A stretch of DNA of 64,000 nucleotides from Lingula anatina. Lineage: Eukaryota > Animalia > Brachiopoda. How positions within the stretch are numbered: position 1 is the stretch's first letter; every line of letters begins with the position of its first letter. Location of the stretch: positions 28,960,401-29,024,400 of the forward strand of contig CM120641.1 in NCBI GenBank assembly GCA_051362555.1, given 5' to 3'. The position numbers were made by a program, and so were the translations under genes. Shown here in pieces: positions 1-15,795 of this stretch. The notes under the pieces were generated by a model. The model searched no databases and was not told where the DNA came from. It worked only from the letters and a program-made list of their open reading frames with translations.

Positions 1-3000
1 TAAAGGCCAATTTTGATTTAGCTAGATCATGCTGTCCATACACAACAAAAAAAGTTTTTATGTTTTATTTGTCGCACATTTTGGCAGGGCTCAATTTAAC
101 TTTAGCCACCAAGGGAACACCCTGACATTTTAAAACATAGTCTCTCATATCATATACTGGCAAGAAATCAAAACTGAGGCGATAACCTAAAATTGATATG
201 CCTGTATTAAAGCGGCGTCTAACATGTTTATCTTATTGCTTAATCAGGATATTTTATGGGAGGAGCATCTTATCAATCAGAACAACACAGACACTCTTTT
301 ATCAGTTCAGTACAGTTGCAAACTCCAAGATGAAAGTTATTGGGCTTTCCTATATCTGATCTGGGCTGCTGGATAGACGATATCTACAGGTGTATTCCAG
401 TGTACCTGGACAAACTAGTTAGAGGTCTCATATCATCTGACATCCAGTTTTATCTAAAATACATTTATATCTGTGGCACAGAAGGATGGTTCTTGCAGGA
501 GGAAGGGAGGAGGGTGTCTACAAATATGTCTCATGTGCTGTACTTCAGACAATAAAAAAACCCACAATTAAGTTAACTTATAGGTTGTCTAGTGGATCAA
601 ACATGATTATTTTAGAACAATACTGTTTCAAGTTTATGTGTGATAGCACTTTGCGGAAGTATTTGTATTATACTAAATAACTCTTTTATTGTTATTAAAG
701 AATTCTTGCTATACCATGTACTTATGGCATATCACTTTTAAATTTGATTCAATTTCAGGGGATAAATATGTAAGGCCAGAGAATATTATGCACATATGCA
801 CGCATTAAGTTTTTATAAAAAGTCTTTAAAACAAGTCTTCAAGTAAGTGTCCATTTTTGTAACACATATGTGGTAGGTACCAAGCAGACTCCACGTACAA
901 TATTCTCATGACTTTGTATGGCCTGAGTTATTTGCCCATGTATTGTTACATATAGTTACGATCCAGAGAGAAGTATAAACTTGCTATGAGGGACAGCCTT
1001 CAGTGGTATTGTACTGGCAGTGCCCCGGGTAAAGTAAACTCAATGCCTGTTCAATAGAGTGACTGATCAGCCCATTATGCCTAGCGCCAACCCAAATATC
1101 TGCAACAATCGCTGGCAGGCCCAGCACAATGTGTACTTCGGTGTGGAAACGATGAATTAATGCCAGAGCCAGTCGGTTGTGAAACCTTTCCCTGTCCACC
1201 ATTCAAGTCTGTTATTGTAAGCCGAGCACGGGGTTACATTTCAAAACAAAAACCGAAAGGAGTTCGTTATGACTGCGACAAAGGGTCCACCAATTAAAAA
1301 ATAATACTGACCTTTATTTGAATTATTAACCACTATGGGTTGATGCCTCAGAAAACAAGGCTCATTAGGTTTGGCTGTGTTTTGATATTGTTAAGAACAA
1401 GATGCCAAAATTGATCTGGGGGCGAAAGAGGCGGGGGAGACCCGAGCTCAGCCACACACACCAGGGCAACCATGGAAAACAAAGCTGACAGTGGCTACAG
1501 TTACGATGGCCTATTCTTCTCTCACCCCAAAGACATGTTATTCTGTGTCAACTCAGCATTCATGTCACCGTGGCAGACTCCGCAGAGTTAACGTGTTCCC
1601 ACAACAGCACCACCTTCCTGCATTGATACAAATGTAACATTTCACAATGAAAATGTTTCACTTCACTGACCATGAACGTTTTCTTGGACAGTGCATGTTA
1701 TGACAGCCACTCTGTTTTATTATAAAATATTGAAATTTTAGACTGTGAGGTATAGAAATAAGCATAAAAGCGTATACTATCACAGTTGCCAGTAAATATA
1801 AGTTAACAGTAACTTTAGCAAGAGACGAAAGTTCGATTATGTTAGTAACAGTTGGATAAAAGGTTTAAAAACTTGCAAAAAAAGACTAAGCTTCCTAAAA
1901 TTTGAGTAAATGTCAATAAAATCAAAGTTGAATTACTAAAATTCTTTATATGGATATAAGATAAAACACTTTCGATAGAAAAATCCTCTCTTACATTCAA
2001 CTCTCAACTCAACTCAACTATATACATAATAGACTACTGAAGAAGCTAGACAATCTACTTTCCTATCAACCCTGCACATTTATTATATGAATATAAGATA
2101 TGAATATTTTCACTATAAGATGCATTAAAATTTTCTAAAACCAAAGAGGATTTTTGCTGCTATAATATATATATCTAAAACAACATTCCTATAATTCTAC
2201 CTACAATCTTACACCTGGTCTATTATTTCTTTCCCTCTTCCGATCCAGCCTTTTAAGCAATATCAATTACTATTCCAGTAAATTGAAATGCCATCTTTTT
2301 ATGGTTAATCTGATACCTTAACAACTCAGGTGACTTGACTAATGATTTCTTCTCAAAGATGTCAAAAAAGAAAGAAAAAAAAGGAAAAAAAGACAACAAA
2401 CACCTCATACTACTTCACACTTAAAATTGCCATAAGATTTGTAAGGTTGTGTTGATCAATTTCAATATAGTTTTAAAAAGCATACAATATAGACATCATC
2501 AAAGCAAGCTCTTGGGTTTAAAATAACAAGAAAGTGCTTAAGCTTTTACAAAAATGAAAAAAAAAAAATTGACAGCATTTTTTTCTCCATTTGAAATGCC
2601 TCACAACATGAAGCCATATTGTGCTAAAATGAATAAGTTATTTCTTGTCACGTAATCAAAAGTGCCAAAATCAACATTTAGATTGGGCTTTTACCTTTGG
2701 ATAAGATAATAATTTGTTTTTCACTATGACTGTGTACTTAAGGTATTTTCCCACAATGGATGTTGACTTTGGACCACCTTGAGATAAGTTATTTCTGCTC
2801 TAAATGGACACATTTGCCAAAAACCTCAGACAATAGAACAAATCAAATGGTACTAATATGGCAAAGTTGCCTACAGGTGAACAAAGCCAGACTTCAAACA
2901 GCAAGGTGAACTGTTGTTTTAACAAAATGTTGTCACTTTTCTTTGTAACTCCATCTGTCTTTTAGCAAGCCTGCACAGTCCAAACAAGATATATTGTTCA

Positions 3001-4252
3001 CTCAAGTGTAATGATTCTCTAAAAGCACAGTCTCCAAGCAATAATAAAGCCATCAAAGAAGATGTACATAAAGATATGCTATATCAAATTTTATAGTCTT
3101 TCCGCATAAGATGGAATTAAAGCCAGCTATATTCATTTAAGTAGGCTTATGATATGAATTATCTGGTCTCAAAAAATCGTTCTCACACATCTTGGGATTA
3201 AAGAAGAATTTAAAATCAAACACCCTGCAGGGTTGTCAATAATAAGTTAACCCCCCACAAAACTTTCTCTAAAGGGCTTGCAGGACATATTGTTAAAGAG
3301 ATGTCCCTGAAGGGTAGCCTTTGGACAAGCAGAGAGGCGAGTAAACATGTTTATTTCCCTGCTGTTAAAAAAAGTGGAGCCCCTGGCTATTTGAGCGTGC
3401 TAATTTCAACATTTTATACATCCAGCACATCAAATGAAATGTTGAATTGTAGTGTGCCTGAATAGTTCAAATACAGACTAAGCTGTTCAATCGTGCATGG
3501 CTGTAGTGAACTGTTAAATAGAAGAAGGATATACTGGTATACATGCAATTCTCTCTTTTCTTTTTTAGATATTTTCAGACCTTTTTTTTTTTTTTTTTTT
3601 TGAAAGGAGGTGGTTGAAACATTTCAAACCAAAAATCTGACAAAAGTAAATAAAACATAGATTTTACTCTCCTCTTGGCTTAAAGAAATAATCTTTTCAA
3701 AAACTTTGTTTAAATGCCCTCAAAAAACATCATCAAAGTAAACCTATCTACACTATCCTGCGGTAATGTTACCTGAACCTTATGCTACAAATAAATGCCA
3801 TGCTGGCTTGGTTCAAAATTCTGCGCTACTGCACAATGACTAAATCAAATGTTACACGACTCCTTGCGTAACTCAGTAACAATCCTTCACCACTATATAA
3901 AATGACATATCAATACTTAACACAGCTGGATTTGTGGTCTGGGACAAATTTTCTGATAGCTGCCACATACTCAACCAGTTAGTATACCATGAATTGCTGA
4001 ATGAAGAACTTTTTTTCCAACTGTAAATAAATCAGTGGCACTGTAATTGCATACAAAAGATGCTGAGTGAGAGAAAGTTTTTTTAGTTTTGCCTGATAAT
4101 TATGGAGAGAAAGAATTGTTCAAATCACTGAGTGTTTTACTATTCAGACTTTTCTCCCTTGGTCCATGTAAATTGATCTGAAAATTAAAATTCAATAAAT
4201 TCTCAATTACTTTTGCTCCAGCTGTCAACTCACCCCTTAAAAAAATGCCTAC

Positions 4253-4419
4253 CTTTCTTGTGTATATATCTCTTTGATGTCATTGTTACTATATGTCCTG
4301 TTCAACTTGTTGTCCTTGGTCTTGGTTGTATTGGGGTACACGAGTGTTGGCCAAACCTTCACCCCCACCACTGGTAACGACAGATCATGCATATTGGCAA
4401 AAGCACCTGACATCACCAT
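4253..4419 (-). CDS. Candidate alternative first coding exon B (MVMSGAFANMHDLSLPVVGVKVWPTLVYPNTTKTKDNKLNRTYSNNDIKEIYTQE), ends in phase 2
   Basis: 55 open codons from an ATG preceded by an in-frame stop, ending at donor AG|gtaggc, with a purine-rich UTR-like leader upstream. No homology recognised. Confidence 0.45.
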
Positions 4420-7400
4420 TCTATATTATACATGCCTGTCTCCTTGGCAGGGAAAGCTCCTCAAATTGCACTTTCATTCGTCCCTTCTTTCTTTCCACCA
4501 TGTTCCATTTATCGTGATCTTTCAGTTCTTTTTTGTTGTTCAGTTGCAGTTTTATGAGAATGTTTTTCATTCTAAACAGAAAAGGTCTTGGTATTTTGCT
4601 ACATTTTTCCTTTACGTCTATGCTACAAAATTTTCCTCCATCAAATGCTGTGGCTCAGCAATATCTGCAATTCATCCTTAATGAATGAAAGCAGTGAGAG
4701 GAATAAAAAAGATATATATCACCTCGGAGCTACTTCGTTCCTCCCATGATCTCCTATCACCGAGGGGAATATCTCCTAAATCCGATTCTATTGGTTACAT
4801 TGTCGCTGCTTAACATCAGTTATCTAAACTTGCATCGAGATTTATTTTAAATCAATACAAATCCCCCATCAGTGTCCTGTGTCAAACATACCACCCTCAT
4901 AGCTGAGTTGAGCTGTACAACATGGGGTAGAAAAAATCCAAGATAATTCCTCGTGCTACCAACGCTGACGAGGCTTAAAAAATAGGACCCCAGAATTTTC
5001 CAGCCCTTTTTTTAAAAGTAAATTCAGGCATCAAAGTGTCTGATAAGCAAGAATAAATTTCTCTTTACAGGATTAGAATCCCCCCACTGTAATCCTGTCA
5101 TTTACACTAAATGTCTGTCACCAAGTTGTCCTTATTCTGTCACCAGATCCAAAAAGGATGAGATAATTCCCTTGCAGCCTCTTCCTACCTTGACAGCAGA
5201 ATACACAATGTATCCCAAAGTCCAATTCTGATCACCAATCAACCCTCCAATCAATAACCTTGGTGCCGTTCTATCCGTTCTATCCGGCAGTCAAACAGGT
5301 GCCTATATGACCACTTTCTCCTTGATGATGTTTTAACTGAATAGACTGTATAAACTGTATCTACTTTGCATTGGGAGCCATGTTTGGTTAGATTTTTGTC
5401 CTGGTTGTTTTCACAGTTGATTTCCAATGGGAACCGCAAGTGAACTGTGAGGTTTTCTCAATCCGGTGGCCACCGTGTATGTTTAACTGTGGCCCAGACT
5501 TGTTTTCCCACTGCTGCTGCTGCTGTCGCCCATGACTGTTAGCATCTCTTGGCCAGTAATTAAACTAGATTGATCCATTTCGTCTGTCAATTAGACCTCG
5601 ACTGTGACCAGTTCAGATGAGATTGACCACTCGAAAGGACTATATGGATTAGACCTCTCATAACTAAACTGCCAAAACCATATAGCACCGCATCTTACAT
5701 CATTTTTAGTGAATACAGCACCAAAAGGATCAAATTTGCCTTTAAATAAAATTAATAATGCTATCTGGTACAGACGTGGGATCCCTTTACACAGAGGTTA
5801 CACTCCATCTGAATAACCAATCACTGACAATGGCTCACAGAAAATATAGGCACAAGGGCTGCCAATCACCATAAAATGATACAAAAATACAGCTATTGGG
5901 GCTTCTTGTAGAATAAACTTTTTGGCACCACACAATAAGCTCCTTACAGCTCACCCACACTATGGAATTCTAATGTTTTTGCAGGGAGTAAATTAAAGTG
6001 GGGTTGTAGTTGTATGGGAGAAGGGGGAGCTACAAAACAATCTGAGACTGGTCTTGTGTTTGGCTCCCAGAGGCTCACAAAGGTGAATTTCAACAGAACT
6101 AATTACCTGGCACAAATAACTTCTTCAATATTTGAGCAATGACATGGAAAGTTCAGAAAAATAACTCAGATGTCAGTCAACCCAGCTTTTAAAGTCTTTC
6201 TTCTAATATAATTTCTTACTTTGTAAGCAAAAAAAAGATGAAGGAATGACTCTAAAACTGACATACCTCAGTACGGTTGTAGGGGCATGGATTAGGGAGG
6301 AGGAGATGAAGACACAAAATGTGAAAATGATTCCATTACCTAATTGTTTAGATAATCCAATTTGCATTGTTTTAGTTTGGTGAAAACCCATACAGCTACA
6401 CGTATGACAAATTCACCTATTATATACTTTATTCTTATGTTGTATGCATTTACTGGGGTATTCTGTCTGGAAGTTTTACATGGTTTCTGTTGACAAACAC
6501 TGAATTCAAAAGATCATGTACTAAAGCTAAATCAAGGGCTACCAAAACTACTGAAGTTCAAGGGTGGGTGTGGGGGGGGGAGAGAGAGGCTCAAGACGCA
6601 TTATCAAAAGCTATCTTAAAACTTGATTTCTTTTACTTCCATTAGAATCAAATTTATTCTTACCACTCCATACTCCGAATAATTTTGTGAAGAATTATTC
6701 TGAATGCTAACAAGTAAGACCAAATAACTGTTCTCCTTCCTGCCTAATGACTATTCATGTTATGTCACAACTTGGATGTTTTTACCCTCATTAGGATCTA
6801 ATTCTCTAAATAAATCCAGTTTAAAATTCCTAATATGTAATCCTCACATTTTCTATTCAGAACTCTTTTTATGAGCAGAAAATTGTGCAACAATCCATCG
6901 CTGCTTTCTACCATGTCCTAATGACTATTATGTCACAACTACGTGTAGGAGTCTTTGGTTTCACTGGACTTAACTGTTCTTCTCTATACTTAAATCCAAT
7001 TCTTTCACATTTTATATAGTGCATGAATCTTAAACCCAATTTTTGAAACACTATCATGGGTCCAAGAGAGAATGTATATGTCCCATGTTTTAATTTGCAT
7101 TTCATAAAATTTATTCACTGTGCCACAGAATGTTTTTTTTTTTCCACTATAGATAGTCACAGCTATTTTTGCTAAGAATTGCCATCATCACCCAGATAGT
7201 TTCTGGTGGAGAGCTGTGCTAGATAGAGGGCACCAGATACACATACGTAAGTACATATTAAGCCATTTCTGTAACTTTAATAACAGGATCAGCTCCGTTG
7301 GTCCCAATTACTTCAAGCTCCACAGATATATAAAAATAACCGTGACAGCATTCTAATCCATCCCCATTTGACAATGAGCTACCCAGATTATGTGTTTCAA

Positions 7401-9574
7401 TGGAACTTTTCATAGACATGCAGTAGTTCACATAAAAATATACCTGTGTGATTTTCAATTTAATTGGGAATCAAGAATTAAAGGTGTCAAAATTAAACTG
7501 TCCTCAATCTTTTCAAACAACTTAAAAATGATTTTCATTGATATTGAATTTAAAGTAAATGCGACTGTCCAGAATTGGGTTGTGTACGGTGGCAGGTACA
7601 TTTTATATAATGTGTTTATTTGCTAAACTCAGGGGGGATCTATTAAATTGTTAAAGTACTCTAAGTGGAGGCTATTACATTATTATGTTCCTGTCTTTGT
7701 TAACCAGTTTATTAGCTCTTTACAGGTAAAGCCCCAGATTTGTATTGTGGTGGTCACTAGGGCCCCGCTGGTCCAACAGGTGCCATACATGCTTTTGATG
7801 GTAGAGAAAGTGAGGATCTTTAATAAACCACAGTGGTATTTGTTTGCTGTACAGATTAAGTATGTGTCGCTTTAGTGGTATTTTATCACTTATTAATTTT
7901 TTTCTTTACCAAACTCTGTTAACCTATCTCTCCCCTTCACTCTCTTTTTTTCTCTTCTTCTCCTTATTCTTTCCATCAAACAGCGCACAACATCTGAGCT
8001 ATTATTAGATATTAATCATAAAGAAAATTAACTTTATACAACATTTCTGTTTATTCATTCACTGGTGCTCAATTTCTCTCTAGAAACCAATGAAAATTTC
8101 ATCAAACCTTGCGATCCATCTATTCCCTGGAGTCATTCCAATTCCCAGTACTCTGCCCCACTGTGACCTCATACTGCTTAAGTATTCATGACATAATGAA
8201 CAGACAGAAAGTTCATCAGGTAATTTCCTTTAATGTGAATTGTGAAGGATAAAATAATGGAGCCCCAAAGAGAACGCCCATATTCTACATTGTAAAAGAC
8301 TTCTGTTTCTAAGGTTAGTCACACATATTTGCCGATTCAAGTAATTTGCTACCTGACAGTACAAAATGAGAAACATCCATTTAAATTATGGATGCATGTC
8401 TTCGTCTGAATGATATGTCCAGTCAGCTGAGACCATGTAATAACGTGGTTCAAAAGAGTCGAATTAACAGAGAACTCGGCATCTATCCTTGCATTTGCCT
8501 CCGATCAATCAAATTATCACAAACAAAAGGAAGAAGTAAGATGTTAATTTCCTCTGCTTTTATTTACTTTTACCATGGGGAATACAGGTGGAAAAGCAAA
8601 TATATCTGAGTTTCAATAGGAGACAAGATGCTGGTTTCTCTGAGCTAATCAAAGTGAGGGATGGAAAGAAAGCATGGGTTTGCCACGGCATTATCAACAA
8701 CTCAAACATTATCATCTAACAGGGCAAACTTTGAACAGAGCATTTTTGCCAGTGCTTCATCATGTAATATCACTTCAGGCATTTCAGTGCTCCATAACCA
8801 TTAAAGTTGGAGTGTCACTAATGAAGCCCTTAAAAGAGCATTAATAATTCATAATCACACCTTAAGTGCTACTGATTTGCCTTGATTAATATACACTTCT
8901 TTTAACAATATCCCCCACGTGTGCTCTTCATATTTACTAAAGCAAAATAATAAGACAGACGTGCTGCGCGACAAAAACAACATGACTACAACTGTACTAC
9001 CTCATGATTACTTAACTTAAAGGACCCGTTTCTATAATTGATATTTAATAGTACACAACAGAATATTGAGGTATAAAAAGCTGCTCAAGGGCTGACATGG
9101 GTGTACCCAACTCAGTGTCAACAGACAAACAAATGCATTTTGCACTTGGGCACATGCCAAATGTTATAGGACAAGAGTGGTGACACAACATAAGGTGATC
9201 ATGTTTCCTTGGTGGAACAATAATTAGATTCCCAGATGAATATCTAACAAAAGCACCAACAGGGCAGGGGGGATATTTCAATGTTATGGTAACACTTCAT
9301 TTATGCTGTTTAATCAATCAGTCTGATGGTCAGAATCATTCATTTTTATAATCTTGATTAGTAAATGGAACGTAAATATCAAGAAATATTTGGCAACTGC
9401 CAATGTTAATGCAGTATAAGTTGACTGTCCTACAGGGAGCATGAAACATATCTATGCATGTCCAATTCACTTTTATTCAGAAAAAAATGTGCATCCATAA
9501 CACAACTTGTCATCTCAGGAGTGGCAAAAGACCGGCACCAAATTCCCTTAACAACGTACCTGTGTAAAGGCTTT

Positions 9575-12448
9575 AAACAAGGCAGCAAAGCTGTCAAATG
9601 TACAGACAAAATAACAGAAAAAAGGATGCAAAAGAGGTCATTTTGCCAATTTTGATGCAATAATAAACAAGCCCGTGGAACTTCAAAGTCACACTTTGAA
9701 AATCCCAATATGTGAAACCGTTTAACTGGCAGTAAGAATTACCAAACAGACTGCATTGCCTAATGAAGCTGTATTTTAGTCCCATGTTTCTTTCCTGTAA
9801 GTTTGAGAACAGTAAGTGACATGGTTTTCCTTAAATGGTCATCATGGGAGCAGTGCCCAAAATAGTTTTTTTTTTTAATTTTGATGCAATATTACATAAT
9901 GTTTAACAGCATAATGACCATCAATTTTAATAATAAAATATTAGTATCATGGATATTCAGAAAATGTGACTAGCAAAGGTCTTCAGGCCCATGGAACTTC
10001 AAAGTCACAACTTGAAAATGCCAAAATGTAAACAAAGACAGCACTGTTCTGAAATGTTTTTTTTTTTTCATTTTTAACAATTTTTAACATAAAACAAAAT
10101 AAACAGTTTACTGCAATTTTTATATGATCAACTAAGAAAATTGATGAGATGGGAAAAATATCGATAGAATAGTGTTAAATGTCCAATTTCCTCCATTCTG
10201 AGATTCTGAACATAGTGAATGATTGAATCTCACAAACTGCAATGATATGAGTTTATTTCCATTTTTGACACTTTATTACACAATACACGATAACAAGTTT
10301 ACCATCATTTTTACATAATCAACTAATAATGTTGTAAAGATGCAGGAAATGTCAACCAAACACTTTTACATGTCTTATTAGTTAAATAATGAGACTGTTA
10401 ACATGCCAAAGAATTGAATCTGAGGAAATGTGAAACAAGACAGCACTGTTCTGACATGGGTTTATTTCCATTTTTAACACTTTTTAAACATAAAACAAAA
10501 TAAACAGTTTACTGCAATTTTTATATGATCAACTAAGAAAATTGATGAGATGGGAAAAATATCAATAAAGCAGTGTTAAATGTCCAATTTCCTCCATTCT
10601 GAGATTCTGAACATAGTGAATGATTGAATCTGACAAACTGCAATGATATGAGTTTATTTCCATTTTTGACACTTTATTACACAATACACGATAACAAGTT
10701 TACCATCATTTTTACATAATCAACTGACAATGTTGTAAAGATGCAGGAAATGTCAAACATACACTTTTACATATCTTACTAGTAAAACAATAAGACTGTT
10801 AACATGCCTAAGAATTTAATCTGAGGAAATGTGAAAAAACAGCATTTCTTCAAAATAATGGCCCGATTATGCTGATTTTCGAACTCAAGCTGCGTTTTAG
10901 TAAGATTGACCACTCCTGTGAGTTTAATGACAATTGGCCTATCTGTTTTTCTTATATTGTGTTTACAGTGTTGCATATATGCTGAAAAAAGAAAAAACAG
11001 CATAACTACTAAAATAGTGGCCCGATCATGCCTATTTTCTAACTTGACCTGCGTTATAGTAAGATAGATTACTCCTGTGAGTTTCATGACAACAGGCCTA
11101 TTGGTTTTCCTTGAAATGTGTTTACAGTGTTGCATATATGCTGAAAAGTGAAAAAAAAGCATAACTTCTACAATAATGGCCCGATCATGCTGATTTTCGG
11201 ACTTGACCTGCGTTTTATGGATATTCATCAGCTCTGTAAATATATAGCCAAAAAGTAAAACTGCCTTCCACTTATTGCGTTTACAATGAAAGTGCACGGC
11301 GACAGTGACAGTGACAGTGACGGCAACGCCAGCCACAACAGACGCAGGTGATGGCAATATGTACAGACACATCTGTACATATTTACTGTACTGTTTGAGA
11401 ACAGTAAGTGACATGGTTTTTCTTAAATGGTCATCATGGGAGCAGTGCCCAAAATAAGTTTTTTTCAAATTTTGGTGCAATATTACATAATGTTAAACAG
11501 CTTAATGACCATCAATTTTTAATAATAAAATATTAGTATCATGGATATTCAGAAAATGTGACTAGCAAAGGTCTTCAGGCCCATGGAACTTCAAAGTCAC
11601 AACTTGAAAATGCCAAAATGTAAACAAGACAGCACTGTTCTGAAATGTTTTTTTTCCATTTTTAACAATTTTTTTAACATAAACAAAATTAACAGGTTAC
11701 TGCCATTTTTATACGATCAACTAAGAAAATTGATGAGATGGGAAAAATATCAATACAACAGGGTTAAATGTCCAATTTCCTCCATCCTGAGATTCTGAAC
11801 ATAGTGAATGATTGCATCTGACAAACTGCAATGATATGAGTTTATTTCCATTTTTGACACTTTATTACACAATACACGATAACAAGTTTACCATCATTTT
11901 TACATAATCAACTAACAATGTTGTAAAGATTCAGGAAATGTCAAACAAACACTTTTATGTATCTTATTAGTAAAATAATAAGACTGTTAACATGCCTAAG
12001 AATTGAATCTGAGGAAATGTGAAAAAACAGCATAACTTCTAAAGTAATGGCCCGATCATGCCGATTTTCGAACTTGACCTGCGTTTTAGTAAGATTGATT
12101 ACTCCTGTGAGTTTCATGACAACAGGCCTAACGGTGTTCCTTAAAATGTGTTTACAGGGTTGCATATATGCTGAAAAGTGAAAAAACAGCATAAGTTCTA
12201 CAATAATGGCCCGATCATGCTGATTTTCGAACTTGACCTGCGTTTTATGAATATTCATCAGCTCTGTAAATATAAAGCCAAAAAATAAAACTGTCCTCCA
12301 CTTATCGTGTTTACAAGGAAAGTGCACGGCATCGGCGACGGCATCGGCATCGGCATCGGCATCGGCATCGGCATCGGCGACGGCATCGGCGACGACAGAC
12401 GCAGGTGATGGCAATATGTACAGACACATCTGTGTCTGTACATAAAAA
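9575..12448 (-). mobile_element. Non-autonomous Helentron-associated element (HINE/DINE-1-like) with internal tandem duplication
   Basis: 5' end: TTTT followed by the palindrome TATGTACAGACACA-nn-TGTGTCTGTACATA (12415-12444), then a (GGCATC)n microsatellite and ~140-bp and ~410-bp internal repeats. 3' end: subTIR TGTCTGTACAT, stem-loop CAGC-TTT-GCTG and CTTGTTT (9575-9608). A second, internal 5' end lies at 11357-11382. Confidence 0.8.
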
Positions 12449-15400
12449 GTATTGATCAACCTGTGTGTTTGCAGAAAACACATATTAAAAAGGCAGGGTG
12501 TGACATTTTTTTTATATAGATTTCCACTAATATGTACATTGTTCGTTCAAAAATATAATTACATATTACGGATATATATAGGGTGCTGAGAGTGCAATGT
12601 CCTCAGGTGCAATTGTTCTTGCCTGCTTTACAAATTGCACAGACTAATGATAAAGTTTTTCCTATGTCCATTAAACAAAAGGTTTTCAACTAAACAGAAA
12701 TATTGTGTTTCGGTTGTATTGTATTAGTGTTTTCAGTCGCGCGGAACATTAAGAGCACAGTATAAATGAGTATGCACTCAGTTCACAAGGTTGGTACACA
12801 GGGAACAAAAAAAAATGGCCTGAATGCCCTAAGCTTCAACTGAAAGAACACTGTACCCTTAGAACAAAAAAGATGTGTGTCAAAAAGCTGCACGACTGTT
12901 CTGGGTAATACCCAATTAATGAAATTTTCTGATTGGATTTAGTTTTTTTTTTTTTTTTTTTTTCATATAGAAGTTTAAGGAACCTGGTAAAATAATGGTT
13001 TTGATTTCTCAGTTTGCAAAGCATGTTTTTATATATTTGGTCATTAAAGTCTAGTTATCAATGTTAGTTTTAATAAACAGCAAAGATAACATTTTGTGAA
13101 AGTCTCAGTACCCCCTCCCTCCATGCATATTTGAAGAAATCTATCTCAGGGCAGGTCTGAATATAATGTATAATTTTATATTGTTGCATATTTTCTAAAA
13201 TATAATTTCTTTTAAAGTTTTTAAACAACAGTCTGATTTGAAAAAAAAAGGAAAAACTTTCATCTGAAATTAGGTTAGAGTTCTAAACTTCCAATTCAAA
13301 GGGGATTTAAAGAAAAATGGGCAAATAATCTATTAACCAAGACATACATCAAATCAAACCTACAGTTTCTCGTTGTGCAACTAATCTTTTTATAACAAAA
13401 AACATGTCAGTAATGCCTCTTAAAGCACAGGGAGTAAGTGTTTAAGTCAAGCTTAGCATTGCCTTATGTATTAAATCACACAGGGGTGGAATTTAATGGT
13501 TTAAACAGGATTTTTCAGCTAAAGTTTTTTGAGAACCAAGGTAGTTACAAGCTAATCAGTCCAACAGTTCAATTGTGCTGAAGTTATCACATAGCAATCA
13601 ATTATAGATCTACCGTGTGCAATGGCAGGCTTTTTATCATTATCAGTTCAAATGCCCATAAAGTAAAGTTAACAGATTACAGGTTAGGGAGATTTTGTCC
13701 CACTATTGAAACTTCAATAATAAAACCAATCTCTATTCTCAAAGCTGACCTACTAGTAAATAGTTTCTTTTTCGGGGAGAGTTATTTATGTCTTCAACTG
13801 AGCTTTGTACAAAATATATATTACAATAAATTACAAAAGTAAGAAAGAAAAATGTCACAGCAACTTAAAACAAAAGCTACACGACTCTCTAGTCTAAACG
13901 TTACAAATTATAAATGAAAAAATCTTTTTCCATAAGGAGACATTTGTCTCTGACTAAAGCTTATTTCATATGGGCAATTATTGCTTTCCACTGAAAGAAA
14001 GGTTATTGAATACCTATCTATTTGTTCGTACTAGAACAAGACAACTAACCCTGAAATCAATAGATTCTTTTTTTGCATATGGAGTTGTTGCCGAGCCTCA
14101 GATCAATTACAATGTTAATAAAACTGGCAAACCTGAATCTTGAACATGTTTATTCAATACAACTAAAATTTTAAAAGCATTACTTTAATACACAGATAAT
14201 TTTTTTAAATATAATAATGGACTCCCAAAGTTAAAACAAAGATGATTTTGTGTCCTCACCACAAGGAATTCTGCTTCATGGACACTCATGGATCATGTAC
14301 ATAAGCAATGCTGTAACCATACCCTTTCCCTCCCTTCCTTCTTTTTCTTTGATCTTTTTAGTCATGCCATTTATCAACCAAATCAGATAAGATACATAAC
14401 AAAATGATCTGGTGAAGAGAGTCTATGTTTGCCAAGGTCAGTATTATCAGGTGCAGACAAACCAGCTTCCATGCAATTTACATTACATATCTTGTCAATA
14501 GCCAAGCCTACAGCTGCTTGACACAGTTTTAACACAAATAATTATAATAGCACCTTGTGTACATCACATTGAGTGTTACTAATAAGTGTCTGAAAATTGG
14601 TGGCATATATCTTTGAAATCAATTCATGCGAAAAGTTATCCACTGCCATGAATATTTCTTGACAGTATTGTATAGTGTCATCCTGGTAATGTACCATTTA
14701 CAGTTTTCTTTAAAGAAAGAAGACTTCTAATAAATATTAAAGCATGCATCAATGACACAGTTTCAGTAAATGATTTAGTAAAGGCACATATGAAGAGTTT
14801 AATTTAATAAAAATATGCAAAAAATCTAATCATATAAAGCCAAAAAGCCTTAACAAGTTAAATGCTTTAGTCCAAATACAATAACATAAATACAAAATTT
14901 ATGACAAGAAATTATGTTTATGTTGTAATAGTAGTTTTAGATAGCCTGTTGATCCATTTTTATCACTATAAATTGATAACAGGTGTATCGCAAAAAAATT
15001 CAAACTGATCAGAAAAATATCTTCTGAAAGGTAATACAAAACAGACTGCAATTCTTTTGGAATTTTTGAAATATTCCTACAAGCAACACAAGTTTTTAAA
15101 CTGCTATATGACACTCAACGTGTCCTTACTTTTCAGCCCAAAACCTGCGACCGCTGACCAGCGCATCAAATTAACTATACTTAGCATCGTTCAATTTTCA
15201 TGGGTTTTTTACATTAGATTGCAAATTTTCTGAGCTTTTAAATGGTATATATTGCACAGTGCTAAAAGAAAAATTTGAAAGGGATGCCATATGCGACCTG
15301 TGAGCAAGATGGTAACAGCTTTGTCAGCACTACAGCTGGACAGTGGCTACTGTGGTACCCCTGGTATACAGTGATATACCTGTTGATGATAACTACTAGT

Positions 15401-15795
15401 ACCTACTGGTACATAGGGTCTTACCAATTGATTTACCAGAAAATTCTTGAGGTCACCAGGTGAATATTCATTTCTGATACCAGTCATAAGTTTAAAATTG
15501 TTAAGGACATAATTTCTTGTATTTCCAAGTGTTGTGCCCCTGCTGACTTCCACAGGGTGGATTTATTGACTAAATAATTTGCAAGGTTTTTGCACTTTAG
15601 TGATACATGGGTGTTATAATTTGAAACAAAAATGAAATAAATACCTAAAACAGCAAAATATTTTGATTTTAAAGTAAGCAATGCAACTTGCAATCATGTT
15701 ACTGGATTATAGTTGCATCAGGTTTGGACGTGTAAAACATGGTGATGAAGCACACGTAGAAATATATAGTTAAGACAAAATAGATGTATACATAC

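Noticed and set aside
10779-12483. 233-aa and 180-aa ORFs
   Set aside because: They lie inside the non-autonomous HINE repeats and have no Rep or helicase motifs.
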